A stretch of 64,000 nucleotides of DNA, taken from positions 669,932 to 733,931 of the forward strand of contig RHPI01003642.1 of NCBI GenBank assembly GCA_009103225.1, read 5' to 3'. This document shows positions 15,585-27,978 of this stretch, in pieces. The first letter of the stretch is position 1. Each line of letters begins with the position of its first letter. A model generated the notes under the pieces. That model was given only the letters and a program-made list of their open reading frames with translations. It did not search any database and was not told where the DNA came from. The DNA comes from Chlorokybus atmophyticus. Lineage: Eukaryota; Plantae; Mesostigma and Chlorokybus algae. Both the position numbers and the translations under genes were made by a program.

Positions 15585-18316
15585 CTAAGCAGTCGGTCCA
15601 AAGCTGAAGCCTCCTGGAGGCGGGACAGGTTGCGCCCCACCAAATGCATATGTGCTTTGAGAGGCATCCACAGCTGGCGCCAGATTCTGGTCTTCATCAT
15701 CCTCCAGGCCGAAGTATACCTCAAGAATCTTGACAGCTTTCTCATAAATATCATTGTTGCTGTGGTTTTGCAACTGTTCAATCTTCTCCAAGCCCTCCGC
15801 CTCGTCTACCCACTGCGCGTACAGATTGATGCCGCCCGTCATCCCTTGCTCCTTGTCATGCTCCCCGACCTTCAGGATGTTCTCAAGGCCTTCCAAGGCC
15901 ACCGTCACAATGCGAGCGTCTGAGCACGTCAACAGGTCGCATAGAGGCTTGATGCATGCTTGACTGACAAGGTACCTGCGCCAGTGCTGCATTAGACCAC
16001 AACAGCCAAACACAGTACAACCCTACAACGCTGCACAACCCTTGCAAGTGCCAAATTACTCCACTGCAGCAAAAACATACTTGATCTGATCAGGTGTGCC
16101 GCCAGATGTAGCATTGGAAATTGCCCAAGCAGCTTCTTTCTTTATGTCAAACTCTGCAGTCGCTAGCAGATGCACAAGGGGAGGGATGATATTGGCCTCG
16201 ATGACAGCCTGTATCTGGTCCTTATTGCCAGCTGTGATGTTGGAAATCGTCCAGCAGGCCTCCTTTTTGATGCTCTTCTTGTGGTTCATGGTCAAGAGAT
16301 TGTGCAGCGACGGAAGTGCATTGCAGTTGATCACAATCTGATGCAACAGCCACCAAATCAGCACTACAACTCACTGCATGCTCAAACAAGCCTGCCATGC
16401 ACCTGAAACTCACCTGTGTTTGCACATCGTCACCAGTGACAATGTTTCCCACTGTCCTAAGCGCTGGAATCAGTACTGCAGCGGAGTGATGCCTGCAAGA
16501 ATAATAGTCATAAGTGGCAACCTCTATGCAAGCGCAGCTGCCAACAATGCGATGCGACTCCTTACGATAGCAACTCTACAAGCCGCCGTGTAACGCCAGC
16601 TTCAATGACAGCTTGGATCTTGTCATTGGTGCCATCAGAGAGATACGACAGTGCCCAGCAGGCATCAGTCAAGACCTCTTCATCATTAGATTCAATCAGC
16701 CACTTCAGGGCTGGTAGAGCGGGCTTGGACTGTACAGCAACCATTAGTAAACTTGCATGCTGCCAGGAGGCAGGAGTTGCTGCTCATGCTGCATGCGTGA
16801 CGAACAAATAAGGACCACTGCTATACCTGTTCAAAGGACGGTTGAGGCTTGCCTCGGCAAAAGTTTGACAGAGTCCAGGTGGCGTTGCGCAGCATTGTGA
16901 TTTTGGAGTTCTCGCTAAGCTGACTCAGCAAGGGCTGAAGTGCGCCGTGGCTCAATACAAGATCACGGCATTTGGGCGAGTCTCCAGCAATGTTACCCAA
17001 AGCCCAAACCGCCTACGTGGACAGCGTGTCAAAGCCATGCCGCAAAGTAAACTGCCACTAAATAAAATACAGAACGGGAGGGACAGACAAAGTACTGCTG
17101 AGTACCTGCTCTCGCACATCATCATTCTGAGACATCAACAACTGCACCAAGATGGGAACTGCTCCATGGTCAATGACAACTCCAGTGTGATCAGAAGTCC
17201 CAGAGGCAATATTGGTCAACGCCCAAGCTGCTTCAAACTGCGATGTGCACATTCAGCACACAGTGCAGGGAACTGAGATACCAGCACAACTGCACTCTGG
17301 CAGATCACGAGAACATGCAAATTTCAGAGGTAAGCCATACCTGCAACTGCGGAAATTCATTGGCTTGCAAAAACTGTACAAAGCGCGGCACAACACCTGC
17401 TTTGATAACTTCTTCTATCGGTGGGCTTCTCTCTGCATGCACCATATGTCAACAACCAGCATCGGCAAGGTGACTCTCCTCGTAGGTTTCCCACCCACAC
17501 GGGCGCAAGCAATTGCATGTGCTACAGATCAAATAACAATGCAATCAGAGACGCACCAATTGAAAGCAGCTTGCGGAACTGTTGCGTCGCCTCTAACATC
17601 ATCTGTGGATCTTCGGAGTACACCCCTCGTACCATGTCGGGAAGGCTTTCCAACTGCATTGAATATTAGGCGCGTCAGTACAAACCTGCAAAACATCCCA
17701 ATCATGCACGACGCATGACGACTACGGTTGAGGATGTGCGTTGCGCCAACACATCAAAACAATGAACATGTTGTCGATTATGTGTTGTGACCGGCAGTTG
17801 TGGCATATACTTACATGCTGCACAGAGCAGCAGGAGCGGCGCAAAATGCTCTCATGTCATGCACAGACATGCAGAGACCATGCTTCGCAGCCAATGAAAA
17901 ACAGGGAAGCAACGTGTCTGAATTGCAGTGCAGCAAAATGTTCACAACACTCCGGCGACAGGACATTGCCTAGTGAGTTGAGCACTCCAGCATGCATGGC
18001 TGTACCAGGTACTGCTGACTGCAGCAAGGGTTCGTACATCGTACAGGCAACCAACGTGCAGAGCTAAGCTGGGAGCGACAATCACCTTTTGCATGACAGT
18101 TGTATGCAAGGGTTTCGACGAATCTGCAGAGAGCGCTAGGGAAGAGCCTGAGCCCGGTAGGCCTTCACGGCGCTTCTTCAACAACGACTCCTCCCTCTTG
18201 GACTTCCGAATCTCGACCATGGTGTCCTCCCGCTTGCGCCTGCTCTCGTCTGCATCCATCGCCTTCTTCCATCCCTTCTTACGAGCCTCGCTCCGGCTTC
18301 CCGGCCTGAGTGACAT
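15585..18316 (-). CDS. IMPA: Importin subunit alpha, multi-exon
   Basis: IBB domain [50 protein letters not shown]; ARM repeats [60 protein letters not shown]; C-terminal [13 protein letters not shown]. Confidence 0.97.
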
Positions 18317-18541
18317 CTTGGCAGCCCACCCACCTGCACCAACTCCCAGCCTACCCGCCGGACGCTGACGCCGTCTTGACAGCAACCCGAGTGCGCAGCT
18401 GGTTGCTCACCTCGCAAACCCACTCGCCTCTCAGCGGTGCAAAGCGCTGACCCCTTGTACAACAAGCCTCTTGATGCCGCCGCCTCGACCCTAACCTCCA
18501 ACGTTGCCGACGACTCCGCCGCCGCCGCCCGTACTTTGGGC

Positions 18542-18549
18542 TAGGGTTT
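18542..18549 (-). promoter_or_regulatory. Telo-box-like motif upstream of importin alpha
   Basis: TAGGGTTT on the + strand, ~230 bp upstream of the ATG. Confidence 0.4.
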
Positions 18550-20121
18550 GCGCAAACTGTGGTGCTTTGCGCCAACTCCCGCGTTTTTCAAAGCTCAAAG
18601 CCTTCAAGGCTGTCGGCAGCCAAACCGGACCAGGTCAATGGACTGTGATGGTGAGAGCATCGGCTTCTTAGCTGACATCCGTCTTGCAGCTTGCAAGGGT
18701 CGTTAGCACCACCGCTGTCCATTAGACTCAGTTTCCTGAAGCTAGCGTTACCTTACAATCGTTACGACTGTGGTGTACTCCATGTCACATCATGTGACTC
18801 ACACACGTGAATGGCATTCACAATGAGTGGCCACTCACAAAGATAATTTACGATAACTTACTTTGAGTGCCAATTTATTGGTTGAAGCGACGTATACATG
18901 TCACTTAAGCATCGTTCCCACCATGAGAAAATTGAAGCAAAAGTTGCACAACTCCTGTTTTGTTGCACTGCATGATGTGGGTTACAATTGGAATTGCTAC
19001 ACACACACAAGTGCAAAATGTGAGATTATGTCAGCATAAAAAGCATTGAAGTCTGTATTCAAGGGTAAGACCATTTATATATAAGTTGACTATCATATAT
19101 ACTGCGTGAAGATTGCTCGATAAGTTTACATAGCGAAAAGGTAAAGACATGTTGCTGCTATCTATTAATATACTGTGTTTACATGCGTGTGTTGTACAAC
19201 TTATAAAGACACACGTGCGTTTTTATATGATGGTATGCTCACACGATATAATTGCATGCGATGTTATGGTTGAATGTTAATATGCGCGTTTACGCTTCAT
19301 ATTAACAACTTGCAATGCAAGCTATGTATGTCGCATTTTTCTCATCTCATTTCATTTTATCATATCGTATGTTATGAATATCATCATATAGGTATATGCA
19401 CATATGCATGGTTATATATAAGCAATGACTTTTTCGAGTACATATTGTAAACGTAGAATTTGGTTGGGGCTACAACATTAATACAGGTTTTATGGAATAC
19501 GCACATGTTTCGGCCTTCTCATTTATGTTTGCTTGACAATCACGCCACTGTGTTTCAGACATCGCGTAATTGCATGATAAAATGCATGGATTATCTCACT
19601 AATCTATACTTATACATGAAAGTAACGCATATCATGTAATTCTTACATGGCAACACGGAGGGCCGCGGAATGTCAACATACATAAACGCCTTGCGCATGT
19701 CGTGTACAGCACCAATTTGTCTTCTTGCATTGCACTATTAATGCTACATACACATTAAAGACAACAATAATTATGTAAACAAGCTTAGCTTGAGCTGAAT
19801 CGGGGTTGGCCTAGACATATCAAGTTCTCAACTATGCGTGCAAAGGCAGGATAGAAGGGCAGGGCACGCAGGTGGAGCCTTGGACAAGCAGCAGGCAGCG
19901 TTCAGCTAGCCGTACATGCTGCGTACAAGAGCATGTTTGCTTTACTTACAATTGCAACAACTACGAGCGTTGTCAAGCAAGTGTTCACCGTCAGTGCAAT
20001 CATGCATAGCTGCCACCATGCCCGACTGAGCCTAACACAACCTAGACGCACAACCAGTCATGCTATGCGAGCGCCGCATTTGCCTCAAGCTGCTGGGCCG
20101 TGAGCCACATGTCCCCACCGC

Positions 20122-20648
20122 TGTAACCGGAGCAATAATAATAGGGGTAATATTGCTACATAAATAACACATTCTGTATGAATAAGTATTTAAACATGCT
20201 TATTTATACCTCCTTTTTTACGGTTCCTCGCTTATAAAAGGCTATGATGCTTTATCGTAGCTGAAATAAGTCCCACTGGGTGTAGAATCGCTTATTCAAG
20301 CCTATATAGTGTCACATTTGATAAAATGTGATCACTATCTCGTTCGGTACCTTACGATAGGTATCTTCCAGTAGGTACATTATCGATAGGTACCTTATCT
20401 GAGCTTTGATTGGCTCACGCTAGATTTCCTAACTACCCTATCCGTAGGGTTGATGTCTGGTTGTTAGTTAATTATCTGAACGTATATATTTGATATACTC
20501 TAAATATCAAAGGTCACATTAAACTGATGTGGGGACTTTCAGTTCTCTGCTCAGTGGCGGCCGCGCCGTTGAAAGGCTTGTCATAGGCGGTGTGGGTGTT
20601 GGGGTAGAGGATTGAAGGGGCATCACCGGCGACGGTGGTGCTGTTACA
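20122..20648 (+). repeat. 5' LTR of element A
   Basis: Direct repeat of 32630-33156; TG...CA ends; followed by PBS. Confidence 0.96.
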
Positions 20649-20854
20649 TTGGTACCCAAGAGCTGGGGGGTGACGTGGGTACTTATAGGGGGCGGCGACC
20701 TGCTTTTGGCCAATCAGAAGGCGTCGGCGGCGGCCTCCTATTCGTCCATGCAGCCCAAGCTTCAAGTTAGCTTCCCTGCGCTACCTTCACGTTGAAGCCA
20801 CCCATAAAAGAGGCGGCTTCTCCACGTGTGAGGTACCATCACACACGTCGGTGA

Positions 20855-21130
20855 CTTGCCCGCTTGCCAGCTGCTTGCCAGCTGCTTGCCAGGTGCACGT
20901 GTGTACTTTCATGCACATCATTCAGTGACTTGCCAGTGCATGAGTGCGGCTTGCTAGTGTGCCATCACTGCTTGTCACACTTAGTGCACTATCATTGCTT
21001 GTAGTGATTGCCTGTTATTGCATGCGGTGATTGCTTGTCATTGTGCTTGCCAGTGCATGTCACGATTGGTCACGGTACGGCTTGCCTTTTGCATGCCTGT
21101 GACGTACCTGTGACCTGCCAGCTGCTTGTC
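20855..21130 (+). repeat. Degenerate TGCTTGCCAGC-type short repeats in the leader of element A
   Basis: GCTTGCCAGCTGCTTGCCAGCTGCTTGCCAG plus many (G/A)CTTG(C/T)CA variants. Confidence 0.7.
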
Positions 21131-22377
21131 CGGGTCGCTTGACCCGAGTCTGCAAGTTCCGAACCAAGCTGTTCCCAAACCCTCCCCCTGGAGATTGGGA
21201 TTTGGTTAGGACAGTTTTGGGGCGAATCTAGGGCATTCTGTTCCCAAACACTGTTAATCTGAAACCTTCCCCATCTGGCTTCAGCCTGGAGATTGAGACT
21301 TGGTTGAGGACAACACAGGGTTAGGACATTCTGGTCCCACTCAGACTTGTTCTGTTTGATGAATATCCAGATCTAACGTTTCTCGTTTTGAAACTGGTTT
21401 GGACTTTGTTTGAGACTTTTACAACTTGGGGTCATTTTGATCCTCTCGTTGAACCTGATCCGTTGGTGAGGTTCTCACCATTTCATTTTGCCTGTTTTGC
21501 AGACAAATGGAAGAGAACTCGGTGCCCACCTCAAAGGGGGAAAGCTCGCGAAAAGAGCAATTATCCCGTGAGGAGGAGTTTCCATCTATGGAGGATATTT
21601 CCAACCCGGATGATGCACCTGATGAGTCTCATGCTGCTAAGGATGTGGATGGCTTGGTGGAACCAGACGGGCCACCACCACCACCATCATTCGTGCATCC
21701 TGAAATCTCAATTCGCTTGACAAAACAGGAGTTGATGGACCACTTTCTTGGCACCTATGATGAGGAGCCTCGTGAGGCGATTGTCTCGCTCGTCAACTTC
21801 CTCTTTCATGAGGCGGAAAAGATCTGAAAGCTCCCCACTTTATGGGGCAAAATTGGGAGGGATTAACGGGTGAAGGCAAACGTGTTCTGAACATGATCGA
21901 GCTCCTTCAACGCTGTAACGGAGTGCTACCTCTATAGAGGTTCCCCGCCCTTATTTAAGATTAGATAAGGGTCCCAACGGGTATATACAGCCAATTAAGC
22001 CGTATTAGGGCCGTTAACCTAGTGTTAAGGCCCTAATGTAGTGTTACTTAACTGTAACACTGATATCGACAATCGACATGAGTCTCATGTCGATATCAGC
22101 TGTATGGCGGCACTGCTAACGCAGCAGCCGCCATAGCCAGGGGATCTTCTGCTTCGGCAGTTGCCCCTGGCGGCGGCGGTGTGGTTGGCGTGGCTGGTGG
22201 TGGTGTTGGGGTAGGGGATTAAAGGGAGGAGGTAGCACCCCCTCTCCTTACATTGGTATCGGAGCACGGGCGGCAAGGGGCCTGTGGGAGGGGCGGCGGC
22301 AGGCGGCAGCGACGTTAAACTAGTGGTAGTTAAAGTGTTTTATGTTTTAACTATAATAGTTAAACGCTGCTGCTGGT

Positions 22378-22435
22378 GCCTAGCCTAGCCTAGCTTGCCA
22401 TGCCATGCATGCCATGCCTAGCCTAGCATGCTTGT
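22378..22435. repeat. (CCTAG)/(CCATG) pentamer tract in the leader of element B
   Basis: GCCTAGCCTAGCCTAGCTTGCCATGCCATGCATGCCATGCCTAGCCTAGCATGC. Confidence 0.75.
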
Positions 22436-23027
22436 CCTAGTCTAGTTTGTTATTGTGTGAAGGGAGCCGGCCATTCAGGCCTATCCCTGAAGCATTGCAT
22501 TGCAGCACAACACATAGTAAACATACATTGATTGTGTTATATTGTGTGTGTACCACCACGTGGATTCGTGGTGGTGTAAGGGTTTTTCTATTAATTTGGA
22601 AATTCCCTTGGGGGGGGGGCAGTTCGGTGGCAACATCGACTGTCTCAGTGCCGCCATTTTGAGCGGTGAGGCCGCCAGGATTTTCTGAGCGGCCGATATC
22701 AAACTCACCATTCACAACTGGTCGATATCGGCATGTAAGGTCGATTTGACGAGATTTTGGCACCTTGTGTGTCAATCACAGTTGTGAATTGTGCTGGGTT
22801 GTACAAAGTGAAAACTTTGAGAAATCATAACTCGTGAAACGTCGCGTGGATTCGCGCACGGTTTGTTGCAGAGTGAGTGTCTAGTTGAGGTGTGTGGAGA
22901 GCTCTTTTTGGGGTGTATACTCCATCGTAACGCCTTAAAACTTGACGAGACAAAATCAGTAGATTTTACCTGTATTGCAGTGCACAATCTGAGTACTTGT
23001 GCACTTGCTAACGGCTGTCTTTGGGCA

Positions 23028-26000
23028 GATGTCTGACCAAGAAGAGGGAGGTGAGAAGTACTTTACCGTCCCTGACTCGTCGTCATCATACGAACCATCA
23101 AGTGATGACAAAGTGAGAGACTCGGACACGAGTGAGAGCTACAAGCTCACTGAGAGTGACAAGGAGGAAGCTGCGCAGGATAGCGAAGCTTCTCCCAATC
23201 AATCTACTCAGAGTGGGCCAGCTACAATAGACACACAGTCTGTCATTGGTGGGGCTATTGAGAAGTATGCGCAAGAGCGCAAAGCCTTGATCGATGCTCA
23301 CCCACAGCTTCGTCAGGAAGTGTGGGATGCATGGGCGCAGACGGTTCGTGATGGCTATGAGACAGACTTTGCCACACTCCCTCGTGCAAGCAAGGAGATG
23401 GTGATCCGCATGCTCGAGCATGAGCTGACGAACAACATCCCGCCACTCGTGCGAGGTGATCCAAAGGTGGCTGCTATCATGACCGTATATGATAAGCCTC
23501 TCCCTTACCAAGGCAAGCGAATGGCGTTTGAGGCTTTGGCCAACTTGGGAGTGGAAACCTCACAGCGTTGCAAGGACGTGTTCTGGTGGCGGGTGCTACT
23601 TCAGCAGCTGGTGCATCAGCGGGGCTGCCGGTTACAGCACTGAACAAGCCTGAGAAGTTCAAGCCCAACGGCAGTGTCAGCATCCATGATTGGGTGGTCA
23701 CTGTTGAGCACTATTTGACAGCACTGAAGCGCCCAGTTGGTGAGCACATTGCTGTTGCTGAGTTGCTCATGCCATCTGACGCTCTCGCCGAGTGGGCGAG
23801 GCAGACAGAGGATGGTGCGGCTAAGACAGTGGAGGCACTATTCAAGTTCCTTGTGGAGCGCTATGGTGGCATGGATCAACATCGAAAAGTGGAAGAGTAT
23901 GCTTGTGTGCTTGTACATGTGGAGTTCAACATGCTTACCGATGTGTTGCATGCATTGACTGAGTTGCAAAATAAGCACAGAACCTTGAGTATGGTGGTAA
24001 TGGTGCCAAAGTATCATGGCCCATGGTTCAAACATACTCGCGGAGGGTCTGTGTTGAAGCAATTCAGCAAGCGTGAAACAGGGACAGTACGGTTGTCAGC
24101 CATATTGATCAACCCTCGCATTGGTCACGGACTCTTGGCTACATTTCAAGGACGGGTGGTACCTCTGTTGTGGACATTTAGTGGCACAATGCAAGGTGTA
24201 AACAGTTCGTTCTTGATTGACACTGGTGCAACACACAACTTCATTGAGGAACAATGGGTTGTGCGCAACAAGATAGCGTGTAAACCCTCAGCATTTTCAG
24301 CTGCCGGTGCGGGGGGGTGCGTTGCCAGTGAAAGGGGATATAAAAATGAAAGTAAAGATTGGTAATTATCATGCCACTCTTACTTTCATAGTGGTATCCA
24401 TCAACATATCAGGTGTTGATGTGGTATTAGGACAGGAATGGCAGGAAAATGTCAAAATGACATTGGATACTGGCGCACGCTTGTGCACAGTACAGAAAGG
24501 TCGTAAGCGTGTAACATTGTCTGTGAAAGGGTCACATAGCTTGGACCACAAGCAGACCGACCCTGCGCTACTCACTGCACTGCAAGTGAAACGTGCGTTG
24601 CGCAAAAATACACCGGCGTTTCTGGTACACTTGACGTCGTCGGACGACTTTGTGCCGGGAAATATAGAAGGTGTTGCAGACATCATTGAGGAATATCAAG
24701 ATGTGTTCTCAGATGAGTTGTCAGGCTTACCTCCTGATCGAGGTGTCGGACACACATATCACTCATTCCTGATAGTGAGCCTCCGTTTCGGCCTATATAT
24801 AGGCTGAGCCCCCGAGAGGGGGGGGAAAGGGAAACTCAAATCAAAGAGTTATTGGAAAAGGGATTGATTGAACCGAGTTCTTCACCCTTTGGCGCGCCCA
24901 TCTTGTTTGTGATGAAAAAGAATGGAAAGCTGCGCATGTGTGTGGATTATCGTGCTTTGAACAAGATCACGGCAAAGAATCGATACCCGCTGCCCCGGAT
25001 TGATGATGTGTTTGATAAACTGTCGGGAAATGCGTACTTTAGTACGTTGGACTTAACAAGTGGGTATCATCAAATCCGGATTCATCCTTCTGATGTTTAC
25101 AAGACAGCATTCAGAACACCTTCGGGCCATTATCAATACAAAGTGTTACCTTTTGGATTGACTAATGCGCCCGCAGTGTTTCAGAAGGAAATGAATAAGA
25201 TTTTTGGTGGCATACTTGGCAAGTATGTTATGGTTTACTTGGATGACATTATTGTCTTTAGTAAAACCAAGGAAGAGCATAAGCAGCACTTGAAAGCGGT
25301 GTTCGCCTTGCTGCGTACACATCGCTTGTTTGCCAATCTTGCGAAGTGTGACTTCTGCAAGACGGAGTTGCCATTCTTGGGGCACATTGTGAGCGGTGCG
25401 GGTGTGAAACCTGACCCTCGCAAAGTGCAAGTTGTAAAGGATTGGCCTCAACCTAAGAATATCCATCAGCTGCGATCATTCTTGGGATTGGCAAACTACT
25501 TTCGCAAGTTTATGATGGGGTACTCCACAGTAGTGGTGCCTTTGACAAAACTGTTGCGAAAAGATGCTCCATTCTTATGGACAGCTGAACAAGAAGCTGC
25601 TATGCAACAGGTGAAGCTAACTTTGACTTCTGCTCCAGTGTTGGCATTGCCAAACTGGGACAAGCATTTCACTGTGGTTAGCGATGCGTCCACCCTTGGG
25701 TGTGGTGCAGTACTGTTGCAAGATGGCAGACCATGTGCTTATGAGAGAAGGAAGTTCATCCCAGCAGAGGTGAATTACAATACCACCGAGCAAGAGTTGC
25801 TTTGTATAGTACATGCTCTGGAAACATGGCGATGTTACTGGGAGGGGGTTCAGTTCACAGTGGTGACTGATCATAATCCATTGGTGTATGTCTCAACACA
25901 GCAAAACTTGTCACGAAGGCAAGCCCGCTGGAATGAGTTTCTGTCTCGGTTTACCTTTGAGTGGGTATACCGGCCAGGCAGAACCAATGTTGCTGATCCT

Positions 26001-27512
26001 CTGAGTCGTTGTCCATCATTGTTGGCAGCTATGCGTGCGCAATTGCTTGCGACGCGCGGTACATTGCCACCAAATGATGAGTTTGTGCAAGTTGTTGTGC
26101 AAGGGTATGCTTTTGACCCATGGTTCTCGTCAGAGGACAACGTGCAAAAGCTGAGCAAACGAGACAACTTATAATATGTGGGCACCAGCTTGGTAATACC
26201 TGACCATGCTGGATTGCGTGCGAAATGCATAGCTGATGTACACGATCCACCGTACGCTGGGCACTTTGGCAGTCGCAAGATTGTTAAAGCAGTGCAACAG
26301 TTGTATTGGTGGCCATCGTTGCCTGTTGACGTAAAACGGTATGTGGACACGTGTGACAAATGTCAGCATGATAAGCCGTTACGTCAGAAACCCGCTGGTT
26401 TGCTGCGACCATTGCCTATTCCTGATGGCAAATGGGAAAGTGTGAGTATGGACTTAATTACTGAGCTCCCAGAGACAGCATTAGGTCACACTGCGGTTGC
26501 AGTTTTTGTGGATCGTTTAACAAAAATGGTCCACATTGTCCCTTGTCGCACGGAGATAGGCTCCCGTGAGTTGGCGATGGTTTTTGTCGCGTCTGTGTTC
26601 AAGTTGCATGGCTTGCCCCGCAACTTTGTGTCAGATCGCGATCCGCGATTTGTGGCTCAGTTTTGGAAGTCGCTATGCAGCTTCTTACACATTCAGCAGA
26701 ACATGAGCACTGCTTACCATCCACAGACGGATGGTCAGACAGAACGCGCCAATCAAGTGATTGAGGAAACCATCCGGCATTATGTGAGCCCGAATCAGAA
26801 TGATTGGGATATTTATCTCCCAATGGCTGAGTTTGCGATCAATAATGCATGGCAAGAGAGTGTGCAGGAGACTCCGTTCTTCTTGAATTACGGAGTGCAT
26901 CCACTGAGTCCTGCGAACATTAAGTTGCCCGCTACTGACGTGACTCGCGTACCTGCAGCGCGCGAGATGGCTTCGGCCATGCAGGATAGGTTAGCGTTGG
27001 CAAAAGACTGTCTGCGCGCAGCGCAAGACAGACAAAAAGCCCAAGCTGATGCGCATCGTAGAGAGGCCAACTACGATGTGGGCTGTTCGGTGCTTTTATG
27101 TACCAAAAACGTATCCATCAAGGGAGTGGGTACCCGCAAGTTTTTCCCTTGCTGGATAGGCCCTTTCAACATAACTGATCGGGTCGGCACTCACGCGTAT
27201 CGGCTGGACTTGCCAAAGTCGATACGCATTCACAATGTGTTTCACGTGAGTGTACTGAAACCATACCGTTCTGACGGTCGGGTTCAACCTCCTCCACCCC
27301 CCGTTGCAGTGGATGGCGACGATACCTTCGAGTATGAGGTGGAAGCAATCCTGAGTCACCGTAAGCCTCGACGCGGACGCGCGCCGTCTTACTTGGTGAA
27401 ATGGAAAGGGTATGGTGTTGAGCACAATACGTGGGAGCCCGAAAGGAATCTTACCAACTGCCAAGAGATTCTTCGGGGGTACTGGAATGCTGTGTCCACA
27501 CGAGGACGGTAA
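23028..27512 (+). pseudogene. gag-pol of element B (gag, protease, RT, RNase H, integrase, chromodomain), disrupted
   Basis: FLIDTGA near 24210, LRMCVDYRALN, YLDD 25236-25247, SDAS/TDH RNase H, integrase HDPPYAGH-CDKC, MDLI, SDRD, GQTER, chromodomain YEVEAIL...YLVKWKGYG...TWEPE. Frameshifts near 23560, 24315, 24760 and in-frame TAA at 26172. Confidence 0.93.
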
Positions 27513-27634
27513 AAGGGTGCTGGCAGACATCTTTACCGCTTCGGCCCTGGTTCTCTCACTGCTTTGGTTTTCGGTGATCATGTAGGGCTTTGCTAACCCT
27601 TCATTGAGGACATTGAAACCTAAGTGGGGGGGAA

Positions 27635-27973
27635 TGTAACGGAGTGCTACCTCTATAGAGGTTCCCCGCCCTTATTTAGGATTAAATAAGGGTCCCAACG
27701 GGTATATACAGCCAATTAAGCCGTATTAGGGCCGTTAACCTAGTGTTAAGGCCCTGATGTAGTGTTACTTAACTGTAACACTGATATCGACATGCGACAT
27801 GAGTCTCATGTCGATATCAGCTGTATGGCGGCACTGCTAACGCAGCAGCCGCCATAGCCAGGGGATCTTCTGCTTCGGCAGTTGCCCCTGGCGGCGGCGG
27901 TGTGGTCGGCGTGGCTGGTGGTGGTGTTGGGGTAGGGGATTAAAGGGAGGAGGTAGCACCCCCTCTCCTTACA
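27635..27973 (+). repeat. 3' LTR of element B
   Basis: Direct repeat of 21914-22252, preceded by PPT. Confidence 0.97.
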
Positions 27974-27978
27974 AACGC

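Larger units (their letters stand above)
21914..27973 (+). mobile_element. Element B: younger Ty3/gypsy chromovirus-type LTR retrotransposon nested in element A
   Basis: 339 bp LTRs at 21914-22252 and 27635-27973 (6 differences, ~98%); PBS TGGTATCGGAGC at 22254 (initiator tRNA-Met type); PPT AAGTGGGGGGGAA; perfect 5 bp TSD AACGC at 21909-21913 and 27974-27978. Confidence 0.98.

Noticed and set aside
18900-19800. AT-rich tracts (also 62250-63200) as horizontally acquired or viral DNA
   Set aside because: No ORFs or hallmark motifs; consistent with decayed intergenic or TE-derived sequence.
21388-21827. Independent host genes inside element A
   Set aside because: Acidic low-complexity frames lying between the PBS and the rest of gag; best explained as the broken gag N-terminus.
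24300-24345. Programmed ribosomal frameshift in element B
   Set aside because: The shift falls inside the protease at a G7 run. Element A shows gag and pol in one frame, so mutation or a homopolymer sequencing error is more likely.
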